A DNA stretch of 45,631 nucleotides from a virus (lineage: Duplodnaviria; Caudoviricetes): positions 1-45,631 of the IMG/VR virus record IMGVR_UViG_3300037755_000412. One strand, 5' to 3'. Positions within the stretch are counted from its first letter, which is position 1. Every line of letters starts with the position of its first letter. The translations under genes and the position numbers were made by a program. Positions 17,046 through 25,786 of this stretch are shown one piece after another. Below the pieces are notes generated by a model, which did no database searches, was not told where the DNA came from, and saw only the letters and a program-made list of their open reading frames with translations.

Positions 17046-17048
17046 GCC

Positions 17049-17564
17049 CTACGCCGCAGCAGGCGCATTCCTCCGCTTGTAGGTCCGCTTCACCCGGCGC
17101 TTCTCAGGGACCTCGGCGACGTGCTCCGGGGTCGCGTCCTCGGCCGCCTTCTTCTCGGCCTTGGCCAGATCGCTCATGTTGCGGTCTTCGTGGGCCCCAT
17201 GCGCAGCAGCGTCACCGCGCAGCCGTTCCTTTCGCTCGAAGCTCTCCAGGGCGTCCTGTTGGGTCCGGTGCCAGCCGCCCTCGAGCGCGGCCTGTTCCTC
17301 CTGCGGACCCTTGACGATCCGCTGGCAGGTACGGTTGAAGGCGTCCGCGCCGCCCATGGTCCCGCCGAACGGTACGTCGCTCACTTCGTTCACCGACACG
17401 ATGCCGTCAGGGCGCTTGTGGGCCTGGTACAGCATCCGGGGGAACTGGTTCTCGGGGGCGTTGGGGTTGTAGTTGGGCTTGCGCTCCCACTTCAGGTACT
17501 CCTTGCCCTCCTCGCTGTCGGTCGAGATGAGCCGGCCGCCGATGCGGATGTACGGGATGTCCAC
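17049..17564 (-). CDS. Hypothetical virion-morphogenesis protein
   Basis: FPRMLY...IV....E.....GW motif; GGAGG RBS; head module. Confidence 0.7.
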   Translation of the reverse strand: MDIPYIRIGGRLISTDSEEGKEYLKWERKPNYNPNAPENQFPRMLYQAHKRPDGIVSVNEVSDVPFGGTMGGADAFNRTCQRIVKGPQEEQAALEGGWHRTQQDALESFERKERLRGDAAAHGAHEDRNMSDLAKAEKKAAEDATPEHVAEVPEKRRVKRTYKRRNAPAAA

Positions 17565-17566
17565 GC

Positions 17567-17791
17567 TTAGCCTCCAAGAGCGTGCTTGACACGCTCGACA
17601 ACCGTCCTCTTGGGCCCGATCGACGCCACCCTATACGTATTCCCCTGAGCGGATATGACGCCTTCGACCACCGCACGCCCGGAAGACACCGCCTCGTCCT
17701 CGTCGGTGTTCTGCACGATGAGGCTGACCTTGTGCTTGCGGCCCTCCACATCCACGAAATCTGCCGTGGTCCACTTCGGGTACTTGTCCAT
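17567..17791 (-). CDS. Small head-module protein (YPKW type)
   Basis: MDKYPKW...LIVQN.DEDE. Confidence 0.65.
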   Translation of the reverse strand: MDKYPKWTTADFVDVEGRKHKVSLIVQNTDEDEAVSSGRAVVEGVISAQGNTYRVASIGPKRTVVERVKHALGG

Positions 17792-17795
17792 GGCC

Positions 17796-18254
17796 CTAGA
17801 CGGAAACCGCCTTGATGACGGCAAAGTTGATGAGGATGGCGCCGGTTTCCGCCGTGCCGGCCGCCGCGTTGTTGTTCGACACGCGGATGGCGAACGAGCC
17901 GGCAGCAACGGTCGTCACGTTGACGGCCGTGTTGCCGCCATCCGAGCCGGACCGCTGCGCCACCGCGACGACGTCACCGAGCTCCACCGCCGAGTTGTTC
18001 ACGGTGAAGACTGCCGACGCCTCAGCCGCGAGGGATGCGTTGTTCGTGGTGATGAGGCCGCAGGGAGCGTTGATCGTCACGGCCGTGCTGCGGTTCGTGG
18101 CCTGAGTTACGGAACTCCCGGCGCCGGTGCCATAGCCGACGCCGCCGACCCCTGCGGCGCCGATGCTCTTGATCGTCTTCGTGGACTCGACATGGCCGGT
18201 GAACGAAGCGTTCCGGCTCGGGTCGAAGACCCCGCCCAGCTGTGGACTGTCCAT
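17796..18254 (-). CDS. Putative capsid decoration/cement protein
   Basis: GYGTGAGSSVTQATNRSTAVTINAPCGLITTNNASLAA..FTVNNS..INFAVIKA. Confidence 0.75.
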   Translation of the reverse strand: MDSPQLGGVFDPSRNASFTGHVESTKTIKSIGAAGVGGVGYGTGAGSSVTQATNRSTAVTINAPCGLITTNNASLAAEASAVFTVNNSAVELGDVVAVAQRSGSDGGNTAVNVTTVAAGSFAIRVSNNNAAAGTAETGAILINFAVIKAVSV

Positions 18255-18267
18255 CTGCCTCTCTCCT

Positions 18268-18723
18268 CTACGTGGACGACGTCGGACTTGGTGTCTGGAC
18301 GGCTACCCCGAGCGGGCCCGTGCTGTAGGTGGTCGTCTGAAGCTGCCACCATCGCTGCGATGCTCGAGCCGGATCGGGACTGCCCTGAGCGAACCAGATG
18401 GAGCCGGTGAGCACGTTGATGTGGGGACTGACGGCGATCGCCGGTTCAGGAGCCCCAATGGGGTCGTGGTCGTAGAAGTCGTGAGCTCGCCCGATGTAGA
18501 TCGTCGCCCCCGAGATGTGAGGCACGGACGGCGTTCCGTCCACCCCTCGCCTCACGTTGACCCAGGGGTCGATCCCCAGGCTCACCACCGACACCAGCTC
18601 CTTGTCTAGAAAGAGCCGAGTGCCGACGGCGAGCCCAGAAGTCGAGCCGACCTTGAAGACACCATCGGACGCCGAGACGCTCTCCGAGAGCGTCGTCGTG
18701 CTGAGCGTGACCGTGGCGGCCAT
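18268..18723 (-). CDS. Virion structural protein (paralogous N-terminus to 19456..20100)
   Basis: TTTLS...V.STSG...L..D.E.V.V....VRRG.DGT....H..G. Confidence 0.7.
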   Translation of the reverse strand: MAATVTLSTTTLSESVSASDGVFKVGSTSGLAVGTRLFLDKELVSVVSLGIDPWVNVRRGVDGTPSVPHISGATIYIGRAHDFYDHDPIGAPEPAIAVSPHINVLTGSIWFAQGSPDPARASQRWWQLQTTTYSTGPLGVAVQTPSPTSST

Positions 18724-18726
18724 CGC

Positions 18727-19443
18727 CTACCGCTCGATGTAGCCAAACGAGAAGTTGTAGCTGTCGGCGCCGCTCTGAGACGCCCGGATCCGCGCGAAGT
18801 TGAAGTTGCCGCCGGGCCCGATGACGACGGGCGGGGCGTACTGCACGATGTGCGCGGTCGCCGTCGCGGCTGTGGTGAGACCGGACAGCATCCCACCGTT
18901 CGGCGAGCCGAAGAACACGGTGATCTGATCCTGAACGACCGGGATCACCTCGCGGCACGCCTGTTGGAACACCTTCCGACTCGAGGTCATCGCCGTGACC
19001 ACCGGGCCGAAGTAGATGACCGCCGACGATGAGTCGGTCGAAGCGCCGTTCACGTTCACAGGAGTGATGGCGTCCCCGGCGGACGAGCGCGCCGTCGAGC
19101 CCTTCTTGTCCACGTAAGCGACGTTGTAGTTGACCGTACCGTTGGCGCCGATCACGGTGAAGTGGAGGTGCAGGAACACCGGGATGATGTTCTTGACCCC
19201 ACCGTTGAACAGATGCAGGAGCGCCTTGGTGTCGGTGTCCGCCACGACCGGCGCGGCGTGTCCGGCGATGCCGGTGCCGACCGTGGGAGAACAGGCGAAG
19301 TAGAACGACCCTTCGTCGCCGAAGCCATGCAGGCCAGAGCCGAGAGGCAGGACGTAAGCCTCTCCGTAGGGGCCGGTACGGGTCGGAGTGATCGCCTCCG
19401 AGGTGTCCGCGTTGCGGGTGGGGAGGTCTCTTGCGCGTGCCAT
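18727..19443 (-). CDS. Putative virion structural protein
   Basis: Beta-rich 238-aa ORF with GGGAGG RBS between coat and adaptor. Confidence 0.65.
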   Translation of the reverse strand: MARARDLPTRNADTSEAITPTRTGPYGEAYVLPLGSGLHGFGDEGSFYFACSPTVGTGIAGHAAPVVADTDTKALLHLFNGGVKNIIPVFLHLHFTVIGANGTVNYNVAYVDKKGSTARSSAGDAITPVNVNGASTDSSSAVIYFGPVVTAMTSSRKVFQQACREVIPVVQDQITVFFGSPNGGMLSGLTTAATATAHIVQYAPPVVIGPGGNFNFARIRASQSGADSYNFSFGYIER

Positions 19444-19455
19444 GTCTTTGCCTCC

Positions 19456-20100
19456 CTAGGCGATCGAGACGGCGACCTTGGTAAGGGTCCCGTCAACCTG
19501 GTTGAGCAGAATCCACTTCCCGTTCTGCGCCTGGAGCTCAGCTCCGTTCGCTCCGTTGGCGTCGAACGTGAGAGCGGTGTAGCCGCTGCCGGCGCCGCCG
19601 AAGCCGGCCGTCACGGTGACGGTGTGCGCCGCCACGGTGCCGTCCGCTCCGCCACTGCTGGTGATCGTCATCCGCGAGAAGTCGAGGTCCTTGGTGGGGG
19701 AAGCCAGCGTCATTGCACGAGCAGACGATCCGACGATGTTGACGCGGAGATCCTCGCCCTGCTTCGGCAGAGCGATGGCGCCGGCTGCGGTGTACTGCAC
19801 ACACCGAACCGGGCGGATGTACGGATTCGTGACGGTGGCCGGGGCCGGAGGAGTGCTGAAGTCCGCCGGGTCCCCGTGAGTGACGTTCTCGCCCAGGACG
19901 TGAGCCGTGACGGCGCTGGCGTCCAGGCCGCGCCTGACCGGGACGAGGAGCGACGCGGTGACGTAGCCGGCGGTCACCCTCATCATCTCGTCACCGATGA
20001 AGACCAGACGTCCGGCCGCGATCGACGTGGCCGAGACGACGGAGAGCTGGGTGTCCCCGATCGCTGCGGCCGCCGCCAGTGTGGTGGTTGCGAGTGCCAT
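19456..20100 (-). CDS. Virion structural/decoration protein
   Basis: Start MALATTTL after AGGAGG; IGDEMMRV...VRRGLDASAVTAH. Confidence 0.75.
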   Translation of the reverse strand: MALATTTLAAAAAIGDTQLSVVSATSIAAGRLVFIGDEMMRVTAGYVTASLLVPVRRGLDASAVTAHVLGENVTHGDPADFSTPPAPATVTNPYIRPVRCVQYTAAGAIALPKQGEDLRVNIVGSSARAMTLASPTKDLDFSRMTITSSGGADGTVAAHTVTVTAGFGGAGSGYTALTFDANGANGAELQAQNGKWILLNQVDGTLTKVAVSIA

Positions 20101-20111
20101 GAATGTTCCTC

Positions 20112-21347
20112 CTATCCCTGCACGCGATAGGCGAACTCGGGCCGCACCGCTGCGGCGCCGACGAGAAGGTCCAGCCTGGACGGGTTCTGATCCGTCTGGA
20201 TCTGGAACTGCTCCACCATGCGAATGGAGATGCCCCATTCCTTTGACCGCACCGTGGAAGTCTCCACGCCAGCCGTAGGCTTCATCAGGTCGGCGGTGAC
20301 CAGCGCGAAGGCGCCCGGGATGAAGACGAGACCGGTCGGGGAGTTGGTAGTCGCCAGCACGCCAGCGACCGGGTTGGCGCCCCACACGGTAATGGCCGCG
20401 CCCGTTGCCGGGATCGCGTCCACGGTTGCCAGAGAGCCGCTCACGATGATCGCGGGTGAAATCGGAAGCGCGGCGATGTCGCCAGTCACGTCCACGGTGT
20501 CTGCGGTGACCGTGAACTGCTGCAGCCGGCCGCTGGACTGGTACGACAGCCGGTTCAGCGAGTTCACTCCCGCGATGGTGAAGATGTCGCCCTTCTTGAG
20601 CGACGTGGCGCCCGAGGCCCAGCCGTTCGTGATCAGGCTCGAGCCGGTCTGGTTCGCTCCATTGATGACGGGAGTTGAAGCCGTGAAGGTCCCGGTGACG
20701 TGAACAGGTCGGTTCGCGTCCTGGTACCACTCGGAGACGCCGAGTTGCTCGCGTCCGAACATGCCCTTGGTGTATGCCTCGCCGATGGTGGCCGAGGGGT
20801 TGAACAGGGTCTGGGCCGCGTTCGCCAGCACCGCCATCGCGTACTGATCGAGGACGGCCTTGCGGCCGGAGAGCGGGGTGCCGATGTCGGTCAGCTTCAC
20901 GCCGCCCAGCGTATAAGCGAGGGTCGTGCTCACGGTCGTCCCGGGGGTGCCGATCGCGTGGAACACGTCGCGGTACACCGCGTTGAACGCGAACACGTCC
21001 ACGGCGTTGGCGAGGTGCTCGGCCGCTGGCTGCGTGTACCGGCTCCGGATCGAGTCCAGGTCCGTGGTGGCCTGGGCGCTCGAGTAGCTGAACGCGATGT
21101 TCATCTGGTCTTGCAGCGAGATGGGGACGGTGACGTCGAACAGGTTCTGAATCTGTAGAGCCTGTCCATGCGTCACCACGAAACGCTGGGGGAGTCTCGC
21201 GCGGACGGTGTCGCCGACCTTCGCGCCAGCCTGGACGTACTGGTCATCGTAGGTTCGGTCGATGTTACGAACGAAGGTCACCTCGTTCGTGAACTGCCGC
21301 GTGGTCTCCTTGAGAACCCATGTCGAGTTCGCAATGGTGTTTGCCAC
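20112..21347 (-). CDS. Major capsid protein, P22 coat (gp5) family
   Basis: MANT, RTYDDQY..AGAKVGDTVRARLPQRF, LKKGDIFTIAGV, LQQFTVTAD, ISPAI, RLDLLVG.AAVRPEFA.R. Confidence 0.95.
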   Translation of the reverse strand: MANTIANSTWVLKETTRQFTNEVTFVRNIDRTYDDQYVQAGAKVGDTVRARLPQRFVVTHGQALQIQNLFDVTVPISLQDQMNIAFSYSSAQATTDLDSIRSRYTQPAAEHLANAVDVFAFNAVYRDVFHAIGTPGTTVSTTLAYTLGGVKLTDIGTPLSGRKAVLDQYAMAVLANAAQTLFNPSATIGEAYTKGMFGREQLGVSEWYQDANRPVHVTGTFTASTPVINGANQTGSSLITNGWASGATSLKKGDIFTIAGVNSLNRLSYQSSGRLQQFTVTADTVDVTGDIAALPISPAIIVSGSLATVDAIPATGAAITVWGANPVAGVLATTNSPTGLVFIPGAFALVTADLMKPTAGVETSTVRSKEWGISIRMVEQFQIQTDQNPSRLDLLVGAAAVRPEFAYRVQG

Positions 21348-21490
21348 GAGTGCTGCTCCTGTTTTGCGTTGCTCGCGGCCTCTGGCGGGCCAGCGTGCGC
21401 TTTTGCGTAGGAGCGGATGCCAGCGCTAGCGGCGTCCTACGCACCCCAGGAGCAGCAGCGTTGTAGGCGGGGCGGCTCCTACAAGCTGAA
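21348..21490 (-). promoter_or_regulatory. Structured 5' leader of the capsid gene with an anti-RBS stem
   Basis: 11-bp inverted repeat 21351-21361/21447-21457 covering the AGGAG RBS; hairpins 21404-21443 and 21461-21484. Confidence 0.6.
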
Positions 21491-21497
21491 CAGTTGT

Positions 21498-21517
21498 ATT
21501 ATACGCCCGGCTGTCAA
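21498..21517 (-). promoter_or_regulatory. Promoter-like motif TTGACA-N8-TATAAT upstream of the capsid gene
   Basis: Both hexamers are perfect but spacing is abnormal; located at the head of a non-coding gap. Confidence 0.5.
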
Positions 21518-21885
21518 GCGGCTTTTAGTTTCCCGGCCGCGGCCAGCGAAAGGATCAGGTTGCAGACGGCCACTAGGGCTGTTGACCCATCTGTCTCCGG
21601 TCCCTCGCCCGCATGAGCACTCCAGTCTGCACGCCTATGGTGCCGATTGACTGTGATCCCGAGCCGCTCGATCAGCGGCCCGGTCGCGGACCAGTCGGTG
21701 TCGTAGCGCGCGAGGGTGTGACTTGGGCTGGTGTCGCTATGCGGCCCTTTGCCCCATGGGTGAGGCTTGTCGGCCGATCCACACACGCAGGCCCAACCGC
21801 GCAGTCCCCCAGGATCGTCGGCGTCCGTGACGGGCTTGCACCCGAGCGCCTCGGCCACGCGGACGTGCAGCGGCTTCTCCGTCAC
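21514..21885 (-). CDS. Phage ABA-sandwich/NinX-like protein
   Basis: RVAEALG, YDTDWSATGPLIERLGITV, GSTALVAVC..IL. Confidence 0.7.
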   Translation of the reverse strand: MTEKPLHVRVAEALGCKPVTDADDPGGLRGWACVCGSADKPHPWGKGPHSDTSPSHTLARYDTDWSATGPLIERLGITVNRHHRRADWSAHAGEGPETDGSTALVAVCNLILSLAAAGKLKAA

Positions 21886-23033
21886 CGCACCCTCCGCAGC
21901 TTGGAATCCCTGGCGTCCGCCTTCCGCTTGTAGGCGTCGAAGTCGTCCTCAGCGTCCGGATCGTCCTCCGCCGCCGCCGGGGCCCCCGAGATGGGCCGCA
22001 CGGGCGGCTTCGCCTGGCTCACCGGCTGCACAGCCCTCGGCGCCGGCGCGGGGGTGGCCTCCTGGCTCACCGTGCCCTCCAGCCGCCCGATCGCCCGCAT
22101 CACGGCCGCGTGGTCCGGCAGGCTTCGAAGACGATCCATCTCGTCGGGGTCCTCCGCCAGGTAGACCAGCAACTGCGCGGCCTGCTCGGAGTCAATGATG
22201 GCGTCCGAAATCGCGTTGATCGCCTTCATCGGCGTCCCGGGAGGGACCGACCACGACGGGGCCAGTTCCTTCTGAAGTTCGACCGCCTCGGGCGCCGCCA
22301 GCCTCTCCTTGAGCGCCGGGTCCGCCTTCTCGGCCGCGAAGATGCGCTCTCGGAACGTCTCCCCGCGCTTCTTGACCGCGGACACGGCCTGATCGACGGC
22401 CCGGCGCTCGTCGTCCTGCTTCCGCTGCTCCTTGAGCTCCTGACGGACCTCCCAGCGGGCCTGAGCCTTCACGTATTGCTCGTAGTTGTCCCAGTTGCCG
22501 GTCTCAAAGCTGGGCTCTTGGTCGTCCTCTGCCGCCGGCTTGGCTTCCGCTGCAGGCTTCGCGGGCGCCGTGCGCTCCGCTTCGAGCTTCGCCAGCCGGG
22601 CCTCGAGCGCCTCCCGCTTGGACCGTTCCTCGTTCTTCTCCCGCGCCAGTTGCGCGATCCGGGCCTTGGCGTCGTGGCGTGGGTTGCCGGGCTTGTCCTC
22701 GTCCTTCTCCTTCTCCGGCTCCTCGACTTTCGGCTCTGGCTCAGCCTTCGCTTCCTTGGGCTTGGCCTCCGGCTCCGGGTCGAACAGGTCCGGCTCCTTG
22801 TCCGCCTTGGCGCGGGCCTTCGCCGCAGCCTCCCCGCCCTTCTTCCCGAGCTTCGCCGCGGCGGCCTTCGTCTCCCGCTCCTCGGCCTTCTTTGGGTCCT
22901 CGGGCTCGCCGTCCTTCGGCTTGGCGTCGGACTTCAGGTTGGCCTCGATCTCCTCGGCCGTACCTCGATTGCTGCTGACCACGAAGCCGTCGCTGACGAC
23001 GGTGGCCGTCGGCCCGGCAGGCGTCTCGCTCAT
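21882..23033 (-). CDS. Capsid scaffolding protein
   Basis: Charged, helical protein; RIAQLAREK, YEQYVKAQARWE, LLVYLAEDPDE..RL..L......AIGRLE, VSQAKPPVRPI; between portal and coat. Confidence 0.85.
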   Translation of the reverse strand: MSETPAGPTATVVSDGFVVSSNRGTAEEIEANLKSDAKPKDGEPEDPKKAEERETKAAAAKLGKKGGEAAAKARAKADKEPDLFDPEPEAKPKEAKAEPEPKVEEPEKEKDEDKPGNPRHDAKARIAQLAREKNEERSKREALEARLAKLEAERTAPAKPAAEAKPAAEDDQEPSFETGNWDNYEQYVKAQARWEVRQELKEQRKQDDERRAVDQAVSAVKKRGETFRERIFAAEKADPALKERLAAPEAVELQKELAPSWSVPPGTPMKAINAISDAIIDSEQAAQLLVYLAEDPDEMDRLRSLPDHAAVMRAIGRLEGTVSQEATPAPAPRAVQPVSQAKPPVRPISGAPAAAEDDPDAEDDFDAYKRKADARDSKLRRVR

Positions 23034-23034
23034 C

Positions 23035-23259
23035 TCATCTCCCCAACAGGAGCCAGCGCAGCCGGCTCAAAAATCCATGGGCGCAGTACACGTCCTCGGC
23101 CATCGTCATGCGCCGCTCCAGGGCATCGATCCGACGCACGTCGTACAGCCGAGCCTCTTCGATCCTGTCCACCCGCTGGCGGGTCAGATACTCGTTCTGG
23201 TAGGCAGCCTCGACCTTCCGCGTACGGTTCAACTCGCGCAACGGTCCGCTGCCGCTCAT
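23035..23259 (-). CDS. Hypothetical protein
   Basis: MSGSGP...FLSRLRWLLLGR; ATGA coupling. Confidence 0.65.
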   Translation of the reverse strand: MSGSGPLRELNRTRKVEAAYQNEYLTRQRVDRIEEARLYDVRRIDALERRMTMAEDVYCAHGFLSRLRWLLLGR

Positions 23260-23504
23260 GGCGTCACCACCGTCACGGTGCACTCGCCCCCGTGCGTGTC
23301 TGTGATCCGATACTCGCGTCTGACCTGGCGCCCCTTCGGCCGATAGAACCAGCCGCAGAACAGCAGCGCGACGAGCCGCCCGCGCAAGCCGCGATTGAGC
23401 AGCCAGCACAGGAACCGCTCGCGTTGGCTGTAGACCGTGACCGGTATCGACACGATGTCACCGACCTTGACGCCAATGTGTGATGCAGTCATCAGAGTGC
23501 TCAT
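23256..23504 (-). CDS. Hypothetical protein flanked by 15-bp direct repeats
   Basis: ATGA coupling at both ends. Confidence 0.6.
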   Translation of the reverse strand: MSTLMTASHIGVKVGDIVSIPVTVYSQRERFLCWLLNRGLRGRLVALLFCGWFYRPKGRQVRREYRITDTHGGECTVTVVTP

Positions 23505-25786
23505 GGCGTCACCGGCTCAGGAGCCTCGGGCTTCTCCGGAGCCTCCCGCCCAAGCTCCCCCATTACCGCCTCGTGCTGCCGGTCCTCGGCCCCAGTCATC
23601 TCGGCATGCCTCTGCTCCTCCGCCGTGTTCACCTGTTGCGCCTTCGCGCTCAGTAGCGCCTTGAACTCCTCGATGTCGTTCTTCATCTCCTGCAGCAGCA
23701 CGGCCACGCGCTGGTCACCTTCCGCGATCCGGGCCTTTGTCTCGTTGTCCATTCGCGCCTTCTCGAGAGCGGCCTGCTGCTTCGCCTGCTCCGTCTCGAT
23801 CTTCTGGACGAGCATCTGCATCTGCTCCTCCTTGATCTTGAGCTGCTGCTGAAGTGACTGTAGCTGCGCCTGGAGCTGTTCGGGCGGAACCTCTCCATCC
23901 TCGCCCTCGCCAAGGCCGGGAAACTTCTCTTCTCGTAGCTTGGCGAAACGCTTGGAGATTTCATCCGCGCCAGGCTCGTCTCGGAACTTGAACACAAGAT
24001 CCCCGAACATTGGCAGCAAGTCCGGTGACGCTTCAATGATCGACGCCGTGAACTCGGCGCCCTGCTGAAGCCGCGTCTGGAAGCTCTTGCCGATGCTCAC
24101 CGACACCGAGTAGGCGCCCTTCTTCAGGTTGTACTCCTTGACCTTGGGCTGTGGGGGCTGCTGCGGACCGCCCTGCATCGGAGCCATGCCGCCCGGAGGC
24201 ATTCCTGGCCCCATCGGAGCCTGTCCGCCCTGTCCGCCCATCATCGGCGGCTGCTGGCCCGGCTGCATCATCACCGGCCGCGACGTCTGCGGGTCCGTGT
24301 AGTACGGTGCCCCGAGCATGACGAACTCGCTCTTGTCGTCGTCCCCGCGGAGGATCGTCGTCACTCGCCCAGGCCTGTCGTAAATCGCCGGCATCAGGTC
24401 GAGCACGATCCGGGCCTCGAGCGGCATGCTGACGTCTGCCAGCGAGGCTAGGAAGTGCGATGTCCCGGCGTCGGACTGCTGCTGCAGCGCCACGATGGCC
24501 TTGCCGGACTTGTCCCGGGCGCTCTCCCGACCAAGCGACGGGTCGTAGACGCTCGTGGTCGTCTGGATGAAGCGATCGGCCTCCTGCAGCGCCATCATGG
24601 CCAGGTTCATCCCCGTGGCGTCCAACTGTGACCGCATCGGCGGCGGCGCCAGAGTCCCGGCAACTGACGTAGGCTTGTAGAACAGGACAGGGAAATTGCG
24701 CCGATTGGCCTGCTGCCACAGGTCTTGATAGCCTTCGGCCTGGCCGTCCGCCATGACCCAGGGCGTCTTCGGCTCAGACGCCATCCGCTCCACGAGCGAC
24801 GACGCCGCGAAGTTGTACAGCTTCTGCCCGTCCTTGCTCGGGCCGATCATCCCTGTCCAGCGCCGCTCGCCGTCGTATGGCTGCAGCTCACGACCGACCA
24901 CGGGGACCAACGGGATGTAGTGCCCGTTCCACTCGTCCTTCGTGAGCACCTCCGTCCCGTTCAGCTTGCACACGAAGACCGTGACCAGATCCTTCTTTCG
25001 AACCTGCCCTTTCGGACCTTTGACCTCCTGGTAGTCGTGCTCCTTGTACCAGTACTCCGCAACCTGAACGGCCCGCTCTTCGCCCTCCGTCCTCACCCAG
25101 TCCGGCGCCTCCGTCTCGAGCGATTCCCACTCGAGCTTGTCCTGGCCATCGGTCTTGCTCATCTCGGCATCAGGAAACTCGCGCTTGAACTGCGACAGCG
25201 ACATCCACGCCACCACGAACGCGAACTCACCGTCACTGAAATCCGCCTTGGTCGCCGCAGGGTCGAAGTACACCGTCTCCTGGTGCAGAATCCGTTCGAT
25301 CACGATCTCTTGATCGAACGCACCGGGCCCGTCTGGGTTCGAGTCCTCGTCGTACTTCGTGGAAACCCGGTACGCTCCCCGACCGGCCTTTGTCGCCCTG
25401 TCCAGCGCCCACAGCCGCGCCTGGTCCGCGTTCGAGTCCCGCTCGATCCTCCGGTACAGCCCCTGCCGTACCTCGGCGCACTCCTTGTCGGCATCCTCGC
25501 TCACCGGGTGGATGTTCACGCCGAGCCGAGCAGCTCTCGCCTGGTTGATGATGAGCTGCAGCGGCTGGTCAAGCTTCGAGATGCTGAGCATGGGCCGCGC
25601 CGGGACGCGATGCCCGCCCTCCATGCTGCCTCTGCGCTCGGCCTTGGACACTTCGTCCCACTGCTCCTCGGGGACCTGGAAACGGAGATCGTCCTTCTCG
25701 CGGAGCCGCTGGGCGGCCTCGACCTCCTGGGCGAGCTTGAAGCGCTCCTTGGCGGTCTCGAGGATGGACTGCTTCTTCTCGCTCAC
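23501..25786 (-). CDS. Portal protein, P22-like
   Basis: DDLRF..EQW, RP.LSISKL, GRGAYRV, VYFDP, VAEYW, YIPLVPVVG, KDGQKLYN, SGKAI, YSVSVSIGKSFQTR. Confidence 0.95.
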   Translation of the reverse strand: MSEKKQSILETAKERFKLAQEVEAAQRLREKDDLRFQVPEEQWDEVSKAERRGSMEGGHRVPARPMLSISKLDQPLQLIINQARAARLGVNIHPVSEDADKECAEVRQGLYRRIERDSNADQARLWALDRATKAGRGAYRVSTKYDEDSNPDGPGAFDQEIVIERILHQETVYFDPAATKADFSDGEFAFVVAWMSLSQFKREFPDAEMSKTDGQDKLEWESLETEAPDWVRTEGEERAVQVAEYWYKEHDYQEVKGPKGQVRKKDLVTVFVCKLNGTEVLTKDEWNGHYIPLVPVVGRELQPYDGERRWTGMIGPSKDGQKLYNFAASSLVERMASEPKTPWVMADGQAEGYQDLWQQANRRNFPVLFYKPTSVAGTLAPPPMRSQLDATGMNLAMMALQEADRFIQTTTSVYDPSLGRESARDKSGKAIVALQQQSDAGTSHFLASLADVSMPLEARIVLDLMPAIYDRPGRVTTILRGDDDKSEFVMLGAPYYTDPQTSRPVMMQPGQQPPMMGGQGGQAPMGPGMPPGGMAPMQGGPQQPPQPKVKEYNLKKGAYSVSVSIGKSFQTRLQQGAEFTASIIEASPDLLPMFGDLVFKFRDEPGADEISKRFAKLREEKFPGLGEGEDGEVPPEQLQAQLQSLQQQLKIKEEQMQMLVQKIETEQAKQQAALEKARMDNETKARIAEGDQRVAVLLQEMKNDIEEFKALLSAKAQQVNTAEEQRHAEMTGAEDRQHEAVMGELGREAPEKPEAPEPVTP

